Below, piece after piece: positions 22,040 to 32,235 of a stretch of 64,000 nt of DNA. A program made the translations under genes and the position numbers. Positions within the stretch are counted from its first letter, which is position 1, and the number at the start of each line of letters is the position of its first letter. The notes beneath the pieces are model-generated. The model had not been told where the DNA came from. It did no database searches and saw only the letters and a program-made list of their open reading frames with translations. The DNA comes from an uncultured Actinomycetota bacterium. Lineage in GTDB: Bacteria; Actinomycetota; Actinomycetes; JAFAQI01. The stretch lies in contig CAVYQE010000002.1 in NCBI GenBank assembly GCA_963770565.1, positions 512,001 through 576,000 on the forward strand. The letters run 5' to 3'.

Positions 22040-22161
22040 GCCGCGTGATCGCCGTTGACCAACGCGGTGTACGACGGAACATCCTGCCACCACCGCATGG
22101 CTGAAGGACGATTGCGTGCCGAAACTCGGCCGTTCTGAAAGGTTTTCGGCGCTAGTCGCCG

Positions 22162-23943
22162 TCAACCCAAGCGGAGCCGCCGTGCCTTTCGGAGCGCCAG
22201 CCACTGCCTCGGCCAGACGATGAAGGCCTCGGCCTCGAGCGCGGCCAGCGCGATCCGCGGAATGTCACCGGCCCCTGGATAACAGATGAACCGCGGCTCC
22301 CAGATCGGCCGGAACTTCGCGTTGAAGCGGTAGAGCGACTCGATCTGGAACCACCGCGACACCCCGAGCAGGGTCGCCCGCCACACCCGCAGGATCGGAC
22401 CGGCGCCGAGCCGGGCGCCGCGCTCGAGCGCGGACCGGAACGCCGAGAAGTTGAGCGAGAGCCTGGTGATGCCCAGCGCCGGCGCGGCGCGGATCGCCGC
22501 GACGATCATCAGCTCGTTGAGCCCCGGATCGGCGTCGCGATCGCGCCTCATCAGCTCGAGGCTGAGCCCGTCCGGACCCCACGGCACGAAGTGCAGGACC
22601 GCGGCGAGCCGGCCATCGCGGTGCGCGGTCACGGCCACACAGTCAGCGTCGCGGGGGTCCCCGAACCGCCCCAGCGCCATCGAGAACCCGCGCTCGACCT
22701 CCGCACCCCGCCAGGACGCGGCCTGCTGGCGGATCGCGGCGATCTCAGTCGCGCTCAGGTCACCGACCCGGGCGACTTCGGTGACGTAGCCGGCCCGCTC
22801 GACCCGGCTGACCATCTGGCGGACGTTGCGCATCGCCCGGCCGTCCAGGCTGAAGTCGTCGATCTCGAGCACCGCCTCGTCGCCCAGCTCGAGGGCGCGG
22901 AGGCACGCCTCGCGGACCCAGACCTCGCCGCCACGCTCGCTGCACCCCACGACCGCCGGAACCCAGGCGTGGTTGCGGGCCAGCTCGACGAACGCCGCGA
23001 TCGCCCCCGGCCAGGCCTCGGGATCCCCGATCGGGTCACCGGACGCCAGCAGCACCCCCGACACGACGCGGTACGACACCGCCGCCTTGCCCGTGGCCGA
23101 GAAGACGACCGCCTTGTCGCGACGGAGCGCGAAGTAGCCGAGGGAGTCGCGCTCGCCGTGCTTCGCGAGCAGCTCACGCAGTTGCACCTCGTCAGTCGCG
23201 GACAGCGTGGCGATCGGCTCGGCCGGCCGCAGTGCCAGATAGGCCGAGGTCAACACCGTCGCCGCGCCGAGCGCGATCAGCACGAAATAGACCAGGTCGG
23301 AGGTGCCGTCGGACACGAAGCGCAGCGGGCCGGTCACGCCGACCAGGCCCAGCGCGATCTCGCGGAAGCGGGCGCCGACCGAGGGTTCACCGATCACCGA
23401 GTTGGCGCGGAACGCCAGGAGCAGGTAGCCGAGGCCGAACGACGCGCCGAGCATCCCGACGAAGGCCACGGGCGCCCACAGCCGGGTCCGCGGGTCGCCC
23501 TCGGCATAGAACTGGGCGGAGAGCGCGATCAGTAGGACGACCAGCAGCAGGCTCAGCGCGGCCGGACCGAGGTCGAGGCCCTTCACGACGTGCAGACCGG
23601 CGGTCAGCAGGGTGAGCGCGAGCGCGGCTCGCCAAGCCCGGCGCTTCCGGCGTCGCAGGCTCAGGCCGAGCATGATCAGCAGCACGCCGGCGACAACGGT
23701 GGCCGCACTCGCGCCCTGCGCGACGCCGAGCGGCACCACCTTGGTCAGGTCGTGCAGCCGGGCCGACCGCTCCGGCGAAAGTGCGTCGAGCACGTCGATA
23801 ACGCCGAGCGCCACCGTCGCCAGGGCAATCGCGGTCGGCACCCCGCGAAGAAGCCGACGATTGTCGGCCTTTCCCGGTTCGGATCCGGATGTGCGCTCGG
23901 CGTCGGTCGCTAACTCGGCGCGGCTACGCGCATGGACCTGCAC
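22162..23943 (-). CDS. Phosphatidylglycerol lysyltransferase (MprF/LysX DUF2156) domain membrane protein
   Basis: TM region plus 'DSLGYFALRRDK', 'ERGFSMALGR', 'SLYRFNAKF.P.WEPRF'; true start probably ~100 nt downstream of the ORF start. Confidence 0.88.
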   Translation of the reverse strand: MQVHARSRAELATDAERTSGSEPGKADNRRLLRGVPTAIALATVALGVIDVLDALSPERSARLHDLTKVVPLGVAQGASAATVVAGVLLIMLGLSLRRRKRRAWRAALALTLLTAGLHVVKGLDLGPAALSLLLVVLLIALSAQFYAEGDPRTRLWAPVAFVGMLGASFGLGYLLLAFRANSVIGEPSVGARFREIALGLVGVTGPLRFVSDGTSDLVYFVLIALGAATVLTSAYLALRPAEPIATLSATDEVQLRELLAKHGERDSLGYFALRRDKAVVFSATGKAAVSYRVVSGVLLASGDPIGDPEAWPGAIAAFVELARNHAWVPAVVGCSERGGEVWVREACLRALELGDEAVLEIDDFSLDGRAMRNVRQMVSRVERAGYVTEVARVGDLSATEIAAIRQQAASWRGAEVERGFSMALGRFGDPRDADCVAVTAHRDGRLAAVLHFVPWGPDGLSLELMRRDRDADPGLNELMIVAAIRAAPALGITRLSLNFSAFRSALERGARLGAGPILRVWRATLLGVSRWFQIESLYRFNAKFRPIWEPRFICYPGAGDIPRIALAALEAEAFIVWPRQWLALRKARRLRLG

Positions 23944-23944
23944 G

Positions 23945-24016
23945 AGCCCCGTGTCCGGATCGAACGGACGACCTGCCGCTTACAAGGCGGCTGCTCTACC
24001 ACTGAGCCAACGGGGC
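23945..24016 (-). tRNA. tRNA-Thr(TGT)
   Basis: GCCCCGT acceptor stem, D-arm TGGCTCAGTGGTAGAGC, anticodon loop CTTGTAA, T-arm GTTCGATCC; CCA not encoded. Confidence 0.96.
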
Positions 24017-24050
24017 GCAACGATGGTTCAGGGTATCCGCGGCCCTTCGA

Positions 24051-24818
24051 CTACGCGGTCGCCGAAGCAGCCGCGGCCGCCTCGTCCGCCTGCGGCTCGT
24101 CGTCGTCGGCACCCGCGAAGAAGTAGCGGTATGCCCCCGCGGCCAGGATGCCGCCGACCAGCGGCGCAAGGATGAAGACCCAGACCTGCTTGATCGCGTC
24201 GTGACCGATGATCAGCGCCGGCCCGAGACTCCGCGCCGGGTTCACCGACGTACCGGTCAGGGGGATGCCGATGAGGTGGACCACGGTCAGGGCGAGGCCG
24301 ATCGCGAGCCCGGCGAAGCCCGGCGATCCGAGCCGGCTGGTCGCGCCGAGCACGACGAAGACGAAGAGGAAGGTCAGGATCGCTTCGGCCAGGAAGGCCC
24401 CGCCGGCGTTGATGCCGATCATCGAGTTCTTGCCGTAGCCGTCCGTGCCAAGGCCGACGCTCGCACGGCTGTAGATCGGCGAGGTCGAGAAGACGCCCCA
24501 CAACACCAGCGCGCCCACGATCCCACCCAGGAACTGCGCGAACCAGTAGCCGACCGCCTCCTCGAGCGACATCCGCCCCGATGCGAAGAAGCCCATCGTC
24601 ACGGCCGGGTTGACATGGCAGCCCGAGATCGGGCCGATCGTGTAGGCGAGCGCCAGCACGGTGAGCCCGAAAGCCATCGCGGTCGCCACCACGCCGGCCG
24701 ACAGGCTGGCACCGGCCAGCTTGAACCCGAAGCTCAACGTCGCGACACCGACCGCGAAGATCACCAGAAGCGCCGTACCAAGGAATTCGGCTGCGAGCTT
24801 GCGCACGTCCATGTCCAC
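24051..24818 (-). CDS. Aquaporin (MIP family, AqpZ-like)
   Basis: Two NPA motifs ('ISGCHVNPAVT', 'TSVNPARSLG'). Confidence 0.95.
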   Translation of the reverse strand: MDMDVRKLAAEFLGTALLVIFAVGVATLSFGFKLAGASLSAGVVATAMAFGLTVLALAYTIGPISGCHVNPAVTMGFFASGRMSLEEAVGYWFAQFLGGIVGALVLWGVFSTSPIYSRASVGLGTDGYGKNSMIGINAGGAFLAEAILTFLFVFVVLGATSRLGSPGFAGLAIGLALTVVHLIGIPLTGTSVNPARSLGPALIIGHDAIKQVWVFILAPLVGGILAAGAYRYFFAGADDDEPQADEAAAAASATA

Positions 24819-24893
24819 TCCCCAGTTCGGACAAACCAGACCTGCCAGGCTTGACGATAGCTAGTCAGGCGCCGAAACCGGGACACTGACGCG

Positions 24894-26507
24894 GTGAGCA
24901 ACACCCGCGGTCTGACCCGCCGGCGCGCCCTCGGCCTGATCGCCGGGGCCAGTGCCTCCACCGCGCTGGCCGGCTGCCACTCCTCGACCAAGACCGGCGC
25001 GAAGCCGCCACCCGGCTCGCCCTCGATCAGCGGCTCGCCCGGGCTCTCGCCGACGCCGAACGCCTCGGCGACCGGCGTCCGGCCGGTCGACTGGCACGCC
25101 CTGCGCCGGTCGCTCAGCGGCGACCTTCGGCGGCCGGGGAGCGCGGGCTACAACGCGGCGCGGATCCTCTTCGACCGTCGGTACGACACGGTGATGCCGG
25201 CCGCCGTGGTCCAGGTGGCGAGCGAGGCCGATGTCGCGGCGAGCATCGCGTTTGCGCACCGCTTCGGCCTCCCGCTCCGGATCCGGTCCGGGGGCCACTC
25301 CTATGTCGGGCAGTCGATCGGCCCGGGACTGGTCATCGACCTGAGGGCGATCAACAGCATCTTGATCGACGAATCGGCGGGGACCGCGACGATCGGCGCG
25401 GGAGCCGCGCTCGTCGACGTCTACTCCGCGCTGGCCGCGCACGGAGTCTCCATCCCGGCCGGCTCCTGCCCGTCGGTCGGGCTGTCCGGATTGACTCTCG
25501 GCGGCGGCATCGGCGTGGTCGCCCGCCGCTACGGCCTGACCTGCGACCGGCTGCTCTCGGCCCGGATCGTCACCGCCGACGGCACCACGCTCACCTGCAG
25601 CCCGACCAGCCACTCGGATCTCTACTGGGCACTGCGTGGCGGCGGTGGCAGCTTCGGTGTGGTCACCTCGCTGACGCTCGGAACCCACCGCGCCGACCCG
25701 CTCGCGCACGCGTTCCTCACCTGGCCGTGGTCGGCAGCTGCCGAGGTCGTGGCCGGCTGGCAGCCGTGGGCGATCGCCGCGCCGCGCTCGCTCTGGTCGA
25801 GCGCGCACATCCTCGCCACCGACGGCGGCGGCGACGCGACGATCTCGGTGGCCGCAGTGATGGTGGCGAGCGAGGCGGCGCTTCAGCAGCAGATCGGCAC
25901 TCTCGTGCACTCGATCCGTACGCCGCCCAAGGTCAACTTCGTCGCGAGCGAGAGCTACGAGGCGACCATGATGCTCGAGAGCGGTTGCGCAGCGTTGTCC
26001 GTGGAGTCGTGCCACGTGGCGGACGAGACACCCGGCGGCACGCTGCCCCGGGACGCGTTCGTGGCCGGCTCGGACTTCTTCACCCACCCGATCCCGGCAG
26101 CCGGGATCACCGCGCTGGTGACCGCGGTCGAGCAGCGGCAGAACGACCCGCGGCTCGGGGCCGGCGGCGCGTCGCTGGACATCCTCGGCGGGGCGGTGGA
26201 CGACCTGGCGCCGAGCGCGACCGCCTGGGTCCACCGCGGCGCGTTGTTCGACGCGCAATACACCGCGTCCTGGGGCACCACGCCCGGCAACGGCCCGCTG
26301 GCCCGCAACCAGCACTCACTGGCCACGATCCACGGCGCGCTACGCCCGTACGCGTCCGGGCAGGCCTACCAGAACTACGCGGACGAGACGCTCGCCAATC
26401 CGCAGCGGGCCTACTACGGGGCCAACCTGCCGCGCCTGATCGACGTACGCCGGACCTACGACCCGCACGGCGTGTTCACGCAGCCGCAAGGCGTCCCGTT
26501 GGCGTGA
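24894..26507 (+). CDS. Tat-exported FAD-binding oxidoreductase (berberine-bridge-like) lipoprotein
   Basis: 'TRRRAL' Tat motif, 'LAGC' lipobox, 'RSGGHSY' FAD site, C-terminal 'YQNY...YYG.N..RL...YDP'. Confidence 0.9.
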   Translation: MSNTRGLTRRRALGLIAGASASTALAGCHSSTKTGAKPPPGSPSISGSPGLSPTPNASATGVRPVDWHALRRSLSGDLRRPGSAGYNAARILFDRRYDTVMPAAVVQVASEADVAASIAFAHRFGLPLRIRSGGHSYVGQSIGPGLVIDLRAINSILIDESAGTATIGAGAALVDVYSALAAHGVSIPAGSCPSVGLSGLTLGGGIGVVARRYGLTCDRLLSARIVTADGTTLTCSPTSHSDLYWALRGGGGSFGVVTSLTLGTHRADPLAHAFLTWPWSAAAEVVAGWQPWAIAAPRSLWSSAHILATDGGGDATISVAAVMVASEAALQQQIGTLVHSIRTPPKVNFVASESYEATMMLESGCAALSVESCHVADETPGGTLPRDAFVAGSDFFTHPIPAAGITALVTAVEQRQNDPRLGAGGASLDILGGAVDDLAPSATAWVHRGALFDAQYTASWGTTPGNGPLARNQHSLATIHGALRPYASGQAYQNYADETLANPQRAYYGANLPRLIDVRRTYDPHGVFTQPQGVPLA

Positions 26508-26508
26508 C

Positions 26509-26593
26509 CCCACGCATGGCCCATTGGTGGGGTCATAGCGCCACCCATGGCCCATCGGTGGGGCGATAGGCCCACCAATGGGCCATGCGTGGG
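26509..26593. repeat. REP-like palindromic element between convergent genes
   Basis: Perfect 23-bp inverted repeat CCCACGCATGGCCCATTGGTGGG / CCCACCAATGGGCCATGCGTGGG with a degenerate middle copy. Confidence 0.8.
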
Positions 26594-27541
26594 TCAGTGG
26601 GAACGGCGCCGGCGGGCGATCTCGGCGAGCGCGATCCCGGTCGCGACCGAGGCGTTGAGCGACTCGACCGCGGAGTGCAGTGGGATCCGTACGGTCAGGT
26701 CGCAGGTCTCGGCGACCAGCCGTGACAGGCCCTTGCCCTCGGCACCGACCACGAGGACCAGCGGGCTGGTCGCGAGCTCCAGCCCGTCGAGGTCGATCTC
26801 ACCGCGGCCGTCGAGCCCGGCCAGCATCAAACCCGCCTCGGCGTAGGACTTCAGGGTCCGCACCAGGTTGGTCACCCGGGCGACGGGCAGATGCGCCAAG
26901 GTGCCGGCACTCGCCTTCCAGGCGGCCGGGGTCACCCCGACCGCACGCCGCTCGGGAAGGAGCAGGCCGTGCGCGCCGAACGCGCTGGCGGATCTCGCAA
27001 TCGCACCGAGGTTGTGCGGATCTGTGACGCCGTCGAGCGCGACGATCAGGGGCGGGTCCGGCTCTTCGAGTACCCGCCGGAGCAGGTCGGACGCCTCGAT
27101 GTAGTCGAACGGCCGCACGAGGAGGGCGACCCCTTGATGCGGGGCGTCGCCCGCGATCCGGTCGAGGTCGAGCCGCGAGACGTCCTGCACCACGACCTCG
27201 CGGGCACCGGCCAGCTTTCGCGCCTCGACGATTCGCTCGTCGTGCGCCAGCCCGGTCGCGACATAGAGCGTCGTGGCCGGCACCGATGCCCGCAGCGCCT
27301 CGACGACCGCGTTGCGACCGGCGACCAGCTCGTCCATCCCGGGTGGGCGCCGCCGCGACCGCGAGCCGCCCGCCCCACCCGAGCTGCTGCGAGCCGCCTG
27401 TGCACGTTTCGCCGCGCTTCGCGCCGCCCGCGCGGCCGGATGCTTCGGCCGCTCGTGCGCCGGCGGGGTCGGGCCGCGTCCTTCGAGCCGGCGCCGGCCG
27501 TGCCCGCCGGTGCCCTTGATCGGACCCTTCTTTCCGGCCAT
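26594..27541 (-). CDS. rlmB: 23S rRNA (G2251-2'-O)-methyltransferase
   Basis: 'DPHNLGAI.RSA', 'GAEGKGL', 'ESLNASVA' SpoU motifs; follows cysS. Confidence 0.95.
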   Translation of the reverse strand: MAGKKGPIKGTGGHGRRRLEGRGPTPPAHERPKHPAARAARSAAKRAQAARSSSGGAGGSRSRRRPPGMDELVAGRNAVVEALRASVPATTLYVATGLAHDERIVEARKLAGAREVVVQDVSRLDLDRIAGDAPHQGVALLVRPFDYIEASDLLRRVLEEPDPPLIVALDGVTDPHNLGAIARSASAFGAHGLLLPERRAVGVTPAAWKASAGTLAHLPVARVTNLVRTLKSYAEAGLMLAGLDGRGEIDLDGLELATSPLVLVVGAEGKGLSRLVAETCDLTVRIPLHSAVESLNASVATGIALAEIARRRRSH

Positions 27542-28917
27542 CAGCCGACGTACCAGCGCGGGCCCTGCGGGGTGTCCTCGACCACCACGCCGGCATCGGT
27601 CAGGGCATCGCGGATCCGGTCGCTTTCGGCGAAGTCCTTGCGCTCGCGTGCGGTCTGCCGTGCTTCGAGCAACGCTGGAACGATCGCCTCCACCACCTGC
27701 CGCAGCGCAGAATCGTTGGAATCATTGGCAAAATCGCCTGGCCACAAACCCAGGACGCGAGTCATCGCAGCGACCTCGGCGAGCGACTGCCGGCCGGCCG
27801 CCTCGTCGCCGTCGGCCAACGCACTGTTGCCGACCCGTACCGCCTCGTGCAGGACGCCGAGGGCGGCCGGCACGGCAAGGTCGTCGTCCATCGCATCGAC
27901 GAACGCCTGCGGTGGCGCTGCGTCGTCGGGCGCCGCGCCGTACCGTTCGGACGCCCGCTGGATGAAGCCTTCGATCCGGGAGTACGCCGCATCGGCCTCG
28001 ACGAGTCCGGGCTCGCTCCACTCCGTGTCGGAGCGATAGTGCGGCGCGGCCAGCGCGTAACGCAGCGCCGGGGCCCGAGCAGCGGCAAGCAGGTCGGCCA
28101 CGAACAGCGAGTTGCCGAGCGACTTGCTCATCTTCGTGCCGGAGGTGTTGAGCATGCCGTTGTGCAGCCAGAACCGCGCGAACCCGTCACCGACCGCCTT
28201 CGACTGCGCGAGCTCGTTCTCGTGGTGCGGGAAGACCAGGTCGAGGCCGCCACCGTGAATGTCGAACACCGGCCCCAGGTACTTGGTCGCCATCGCGGAG
28301 CACTCGATGTGCCAGCCCGGGCGACCCGGGCCCCACGGCGTCTCCCAGAACGGCTCGCCCGGCTTCGCTCCTTTCCATAAGGCGAAGTCGCGCGGGTCAC
28401 GCTTGGCGCCGGCGTCCTCAGACGGCTGCATCGCGTCGGGGCGCTGGCCGGACAGCTCGCCGTACGGCGAGTAGGACCGCACGTCGAAGTAGACGTCGCC
28501 ACCGGCAGCGTAGGCGTGGTCCGCGTCGATCAACCGCTGGATCAGCTCGACGATCTCGGGGATGTGCCCGGTCGCGCGTGGCTCGCCGCTCGGCTCCAGG
28601 TTGTTGAGCCCGCGGTATCCAGCCTGGAACTGCCGGGTCATCTCGGTGCCGAGCGCCCACCACGGCACGCCCTGGGCGGCGGCGTTGACGAGCACCTTGT
28701 CGTCGATGTCGGTGACATTGCGCAGGTGCACCACGTCGTACCCGCTGGCGGCTAACCAGCGGCGGACGATGTCCGAGGCGACCGCTGACCGCATGTGCCC
28801 AATGTGCGGCGCGGACTGCACGGTGGGGCCGCAGACATACATCGTCACCGCGCCGGGAAGCACCGGCTCGAAGTCGGCGATCGCCCGGCGTCGGGTGTCA
28901 TACAACCGCAGCGCCAC
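27541..28917 (-). CDS. cysS: Cysteine--tRNA ligase
   Basis: 'YVCGPT', HIGH, '[12 protein letters not shown]', KMSKS. Confidence 0.98.
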   Translation of the reverse strand: MALRLYDTRRRAIADFEPVLPGAVTMYVCGPTVQSAPHIGHMRSAVASDIVRRWLAASGYDVVHLRNVTDIDDKVLVNAAAQGVPWWALGTEMTRQFQAGYRGLNNLEPSGEPRATGHIPEIVELIQRLIDADHAYAAGGDVYFDVRSYSPYGELSGQRPDAMQPSEDAGAKRDPRDFALWKGAKPGEPFWETPWGPGRPGWHIECSAMATKYLGPVFDIHGGGLDLVFPHHENELAQSKAVGDGFARFWLHNGMLNTSGTKMSKSLGNSLFVADLLAAARAPALRYALAAPHYRSDTEWSEPGLVEADAAYSRIEGFIQRASERYGAAPDDAAPPQAFVDAMDDDLAVPAALGVLHEAVRVGNSALADGDEAAGRQSLAEVAAMTRVLGLWPGDFANDSNDSALRQVVEAIVPALLEARQTARERKDFAESDRIRDALTDAGVVVEDTPQGPRWYVG

Positions 28918-28999
28918 GCGGTGCAGCCTAAGGCGGTTCGTGAGTCACCCGCCGCACCACCGCAGCACGAATGCCTCGAGACCCGATCAGAAAGACCGT

Positions 29000-29611
29000 T
29001 CAGCCGTGGTTCGAGCCCATCACGTGGTCGGCGAACATCTCGACCGCGCTGTCGACCAGCCGGAGATAGCGGTCGCCTCCGGGTTGGTTGGCGAGCTGCT
29101 GGCCTGCCACCCCTGCAACGACCGCGGTCCACAGGTCGAAATCAGCGTCGCTTCGAAGCCCGGCCTTGCGCAGCACCGTCCGTCCCCGGGTGAACACCTC
29201 GACCGCGGTCGCGTACGACTCCGCCGTCGGCTCGAAATCGGGGATCGTGCGCATGAACAGCAGCTCGTAGCGGGCCTGGTCCTCGGCGGCGAAGGTCACG
29301 AAGAGGCGGGCGGTCGAGCGAAGGAGTTCACGGGGGTCGTCGCTGAGCTCGAGCAGTTCGAACCTGGCTAGCAACTCACGGTTGGCATCGGCGAACAGCC
29401 GATCGTAAACAGCGTGCTTCGACGCGAAGTACGTGTAGAGCGACGGCGGCTCCATGTTCACCGCTTTCGCCAAAGCCCGAAGTGACAGCGCGTTGAGCCC
29501 CTGGGCCCGGATCATCGCCCAGGCGGCATCGACGATCTCCTGCTTGGTGGTCTCATGTCGCAATCGGCGCCGGTCACGGCGGCCGGATCCGACCGGGACA
29601 GTCGCGGGCAC
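29000..29611 (-). CDS. TetR/AcrR family regulator
   Basis: HTH 'LSLRALAKAVNMEPPSLYTYFASK'. Confidence 0.92.
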   Translation of the reverse strand: MPATVPVGSGRRDRRRLRHETTKQEIVDAAWAMIRAQGLNALSLRALAKAVNMEPPSLYTYFASKHAVYDRLFADANRELLARFELLELSDDPRELLRSTARLFVTFAAEDQARYELLFMRTIPDFEPTAESYATAVEVFTRGRTVLRKAGLRSDADFDLWTAVVAGVAGQQLANQPGGDRYLRLVDSAVEMFADHVMGSNHG

Positions 29612-29693
29612 GGATTGACTTTAGCCGATCCCCGTACGATCATCCTAACAGTATTTGGATTTCCGAACGACAATCGACATAGGGGATTGCGCC

Positions 29694-30455
29694 GTGACCA
29701 TCACTCAGACGACAGCCGTCGACGCGATCCGGGTCGGGCCGCTGCACCACACCGAGGCCATGAGGCTGGCGGAGACCGAGTTCGGCCGCATGGTGACCGG
29801 ACTGCGCGGCCTGTCCGTACAGGACTGGAACCGCGACACGGTGTGCTCGGGGTGGGACGTGCGTGCGATGGCGTCGCACGTATTGGGCATGGCCGAAGCA
29901 CAGGCCTCGATTCGGCAGTTCGCGCATGACTATCGGGCGGCTCAGAAGCGCTCCACCGGCAAGATGATCGACGCACTGACCGGGACTCAGGTCCGCGAAC
30001 GATCGGCTATGACCGGAGCCGAGATCGCAGACGCCCTCGCCGTCATCGCCCCGAAGGCGGTGCGGGCGCGGCGGCGAACCCCGGCCCTCGCGCGCTGGGC
30101 AGTCCGGATGAAGCAGGATCCGCCCTTCGACGCGGAGCGCTGGCGATACGGCTATCTCGTCGACACGATCTTCACCCGCGACACGTGGCTGCACCGGCTC
30201 GACATCAGCCGCGCAACCGGTCAGCCCATGGTCCTGTCGGCCGACCACGACGGTCGGCTCATTGCCGACGTAGTCGCGGACTGGGCGCGCCGGCACGGCA
30301 AGCCCTTCAGACTGTCGCTCACCGGAGTCGCCGGCGGAAGCTGGTACGCCGGCAGCGGCGGCGACACGATCGAGATGGACGCCCTCGACTTCTGCTGGAC
30401 GGTCGGGTCGCGCGAACCCGGCGCCGGCCTGCTTGCCACCGAGGTTCCGTTCTGA
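29694..30455 (+). CDS. Mycothiol-dependent maleylpyruvate isomerase (MDMPI/DinB) family protein
   Basis: 'CSGWDVRAMASH' and 'DTWLHRLDI'. Confidence 0.85.
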   Translation: MTITQTTAVDAIRVGPLHHTEAMRLAETEFGRMVTGLRGLSVQDWNRDTVCSGWDVRAMASHVLGMAEAQASIRQFAHDYRAAQKRSTGKMIDALTGTQVRERSAMTGAEIADALAVIAPKAVRARRRTPALARWAVRMKQDPPFDAERWRYGYLVDTIFTRDTWLHRLDISRATGQPMVLSADHDGRLIADVVADWARRHGKPFRLSLTGVAGGSWYAGSGGDTIEMDALDFCWTVGSREPGAGLLATEVPF

Positions 30456-30748
30456 TGGTTACCACCACGATCACCCGCTTCCACGCGGCGGCCGGACGTG
30501 AGGACGCCCTGAGAGCACTGGCGACCCTGGGCCGTGACCGAATGCGGACCGCCGACGGGTGCACGTCGTTCGACCTGCTTCAGGACGAGGCCGACCCCCG
30601 TGCCTTGATCTTCATCCAGCATTGGGTGTCGCACGAGGCACACGACACCGCGTTCGCGCAGCGCATCGTCACGACCGGCCACCTCGACAAAGTGCTCGCT
30701 GCGATCGATGAGCCGATCGTTCAGCACTCATACCAGACCACGGCGTAG
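30455..30748 (+). CDS. Antibiotic biosynthesis monooxygenase (ABM) family protein
   Basis: 'GC.SFDLLQD..DP....IQHW.S.EAH'; TGATG coupling to upstream gene. Confidence 0.82.
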   Translation: MVTTTITRFHAAAGREDALRALATLGRDRMRTADGCTSFDLLQDEADPRALIFIQHWVSHEAHDTAFAQRIVTTGHLDKVLAAIDEPIVQHSYQTTA

Positions 30749-30779
30749 CACCGAGCGGGCCAGAGTCCGCCACCAAGCC

Positions 30780-30844
30780 GAGTTGATCATGGCGAAGAGC
30801 GCGCTTTTCCCGCGATTCTTCGCGGGTTTCGCCATGATCAACTC
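30780..30844. repeat. Intergenic inverted repeat (GTTGATCATG-type) / bidirectional terminator
   Basis: Perfect 17-bp inverted repeat GAGTTGATCATGGCGAA / TTCGCCATGATCAACTC between convergent genes. Confidence 0.78.
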
Positions 30845-30852
30845 AGGACTTG

Positions 30853-32049
30853 CTACGGACGTTCCACGAGCAGAGCGAGGCCCTGGCCGACGCCGACGCA
30901 GAGGGTGGCCAGTCCGCGGCGGGCGTCCTCGCGCTCCATCCGGCCGAGCAACGTGACCGTCACGCGCGCGCCCGAGCACCCGAGCGGGTGGCCCAGCGCG
31001 ATCGCACCGCCGTCGAGGTTGACCCGCTCGAGGTCGAGACCGAGCCGGCGGACGCAGGCCAGCACCTGCACCGCGAACGCCTCATTGATCTCGATCGCAT
31101 CGATGTCGTCGAGCGACCAGCCGGACCGGGCGAGCACCTTCGAGGTTGCGATCACAGGCCCGAGCCCCATGGTCGACGGCGGTACGGCGCCACTCGCACT
31201 CGCGACCACCCGGGCCCGCGGGGTGAGGCCATAGCGCTCGAGTGCCGCCTCGCTTGCCACGATCATGGCCGCCGCGCCGTCGGACAGCGGAGAGGACGAT
31301 CCGGCGGTGACGACGCCGCCCTCGCGGAACGCCGGCCTCAGCCGGGCCAGCTGCTCGAGACTGGTGTCGGCCCGCGGACCCTCGTCGGCCGTCACCGGCC
31401 CGGTCTTGGTCTCGACCGCACACAGCTCGGCGTCGAAGCGACCGTCCTTGGCCGCAGCGACCGCACGCACGTGTGATCGGAGCGCGAAGGCGTCCGAGTC
31501 CTCTCGAGTGACCGCAGCGAGCGCGGCCACCTCCTCCGCGGTCTCGCCCATCGACAGGGTGGCCTTGCCGCCGTCGACCTCGCGCATCCGCGGGTTGACG
31601 AAGCGCCATCCGAGCGAAGTGTCGAAGACCTCGCCCGGTCGCGCCCATGGCGTCCCGGGCTTGGCCATCACCCACGGCGCCCGGGTCATCGACTCGACCC
31701 CGCCAGCGACGATCAGGTCGGCCTCGCCGGCCCGGATCGTCTGAGCCGCGGCGACGACGGCCTGCAGCCCGCTGGCGCACAGCCGGTTCACCGTGTAGCC
31801 GGGGGTCGCGTCGGGCAGTCCGGCAAGAAGCGCGGCCATCCGGGCAACATTCCGGTTGTCCTCGCCGGCCTGGTTCGCCGCGCCGAGGACGACCTCCTCG
31901 ACCGCGTCGTCGGGCACCTGCGACCGCGACAGCGCCTCGCGGACGACGAGCGCGGCAAGGTCGTCCGGACGGACCGACGACAGCACCCCGCCGTACCGGC
32001 CCATCGGGGTTCGCACCCCGCCGACGAGGTACGCAGCCCGCTCGCTCAT
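30853..32049 (-). CDS. Acetyl-CoA C-acyltransferase (thiolase, PcaF/PaaJ-like)
   Basis: 'NRLCASG', 'NEAFA', 'GHPLGCSG', 'CVGVGQG'. Confidence 0.95.
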   Translation of the reverse strand: MSERAAYLVGGVRTPMGRYGGVLSSVRPDDLAALVVREALSRSQVPDDAVEEVVLGAANQAGEDNRNVARMAALLAGLPDATPGYTVNRLCASGLQAVVAAAQTIRAGEADLIVAGGVESMTRAPWVMAKPGTPWARPGEVFDTSLGWRFVNPRMREVDGGKATLSMGETAEEVAALAAVTREDSDAFALRSHVRAVAAAKDGRFDAELCAVETKTGPVTADEGPRADTSLEQLARLRPAFREGGVVTAGSSSPLSDGAAAMIVASEAALERYGLTPRARVVASASGAVPPSTMGLGPVIATSKVLARSGWSLDDIDAIEINEAFAVQVLACVRRLGLDLERVNLDGGAIALGHPLGCSGARVTVTLLGRMEREDARRGLATLCVGVGQGLALLVERP

Positions 32050-32228
32050 TGGTGCACCCAAAACGGGCGCACCAATGCGGAGACGCCGATCACATTGGAT
32101 CGAGCCACCTTCGCTTCGCTCCGGTACTCGCTCATTGGTCCACCCAAAACGGGCGCACCAATGCGGAGACGCCGATCACATTGGATCGAGCCACCTTCGC
32201 TTCGCTCCGGTACTCGCTCATTGGTCCA
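32041..32228 (-). repeat. 86-bp direct tandem repeat (2 full copies plus partial), MIRU-like
   Basis: Units start at 32041, 32127 and 32213; one mismatch between full copies; each encodes a 29-aa mini-ORF on the minus strand. Confidence 0.92.
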
Positions 32229-32235
32229 GTGTGGC

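Noticed and set aside
23945-26507. tRNA-Thr as an island integration site
   Set aside because: No integrase and no duplicated tRNA 3' end seen; flanking genes look chromosomal.
29640-29680. TetR operator palindrome in the divergent intergenic region
   Set aside because: Only weak, imperfect symmetry; not enough to call a site.
32041-32228. Possible CRISPR array
   Set aside because: Units are contiguous near-identical 86-mers with no unique spacers, and no cas genes are present.
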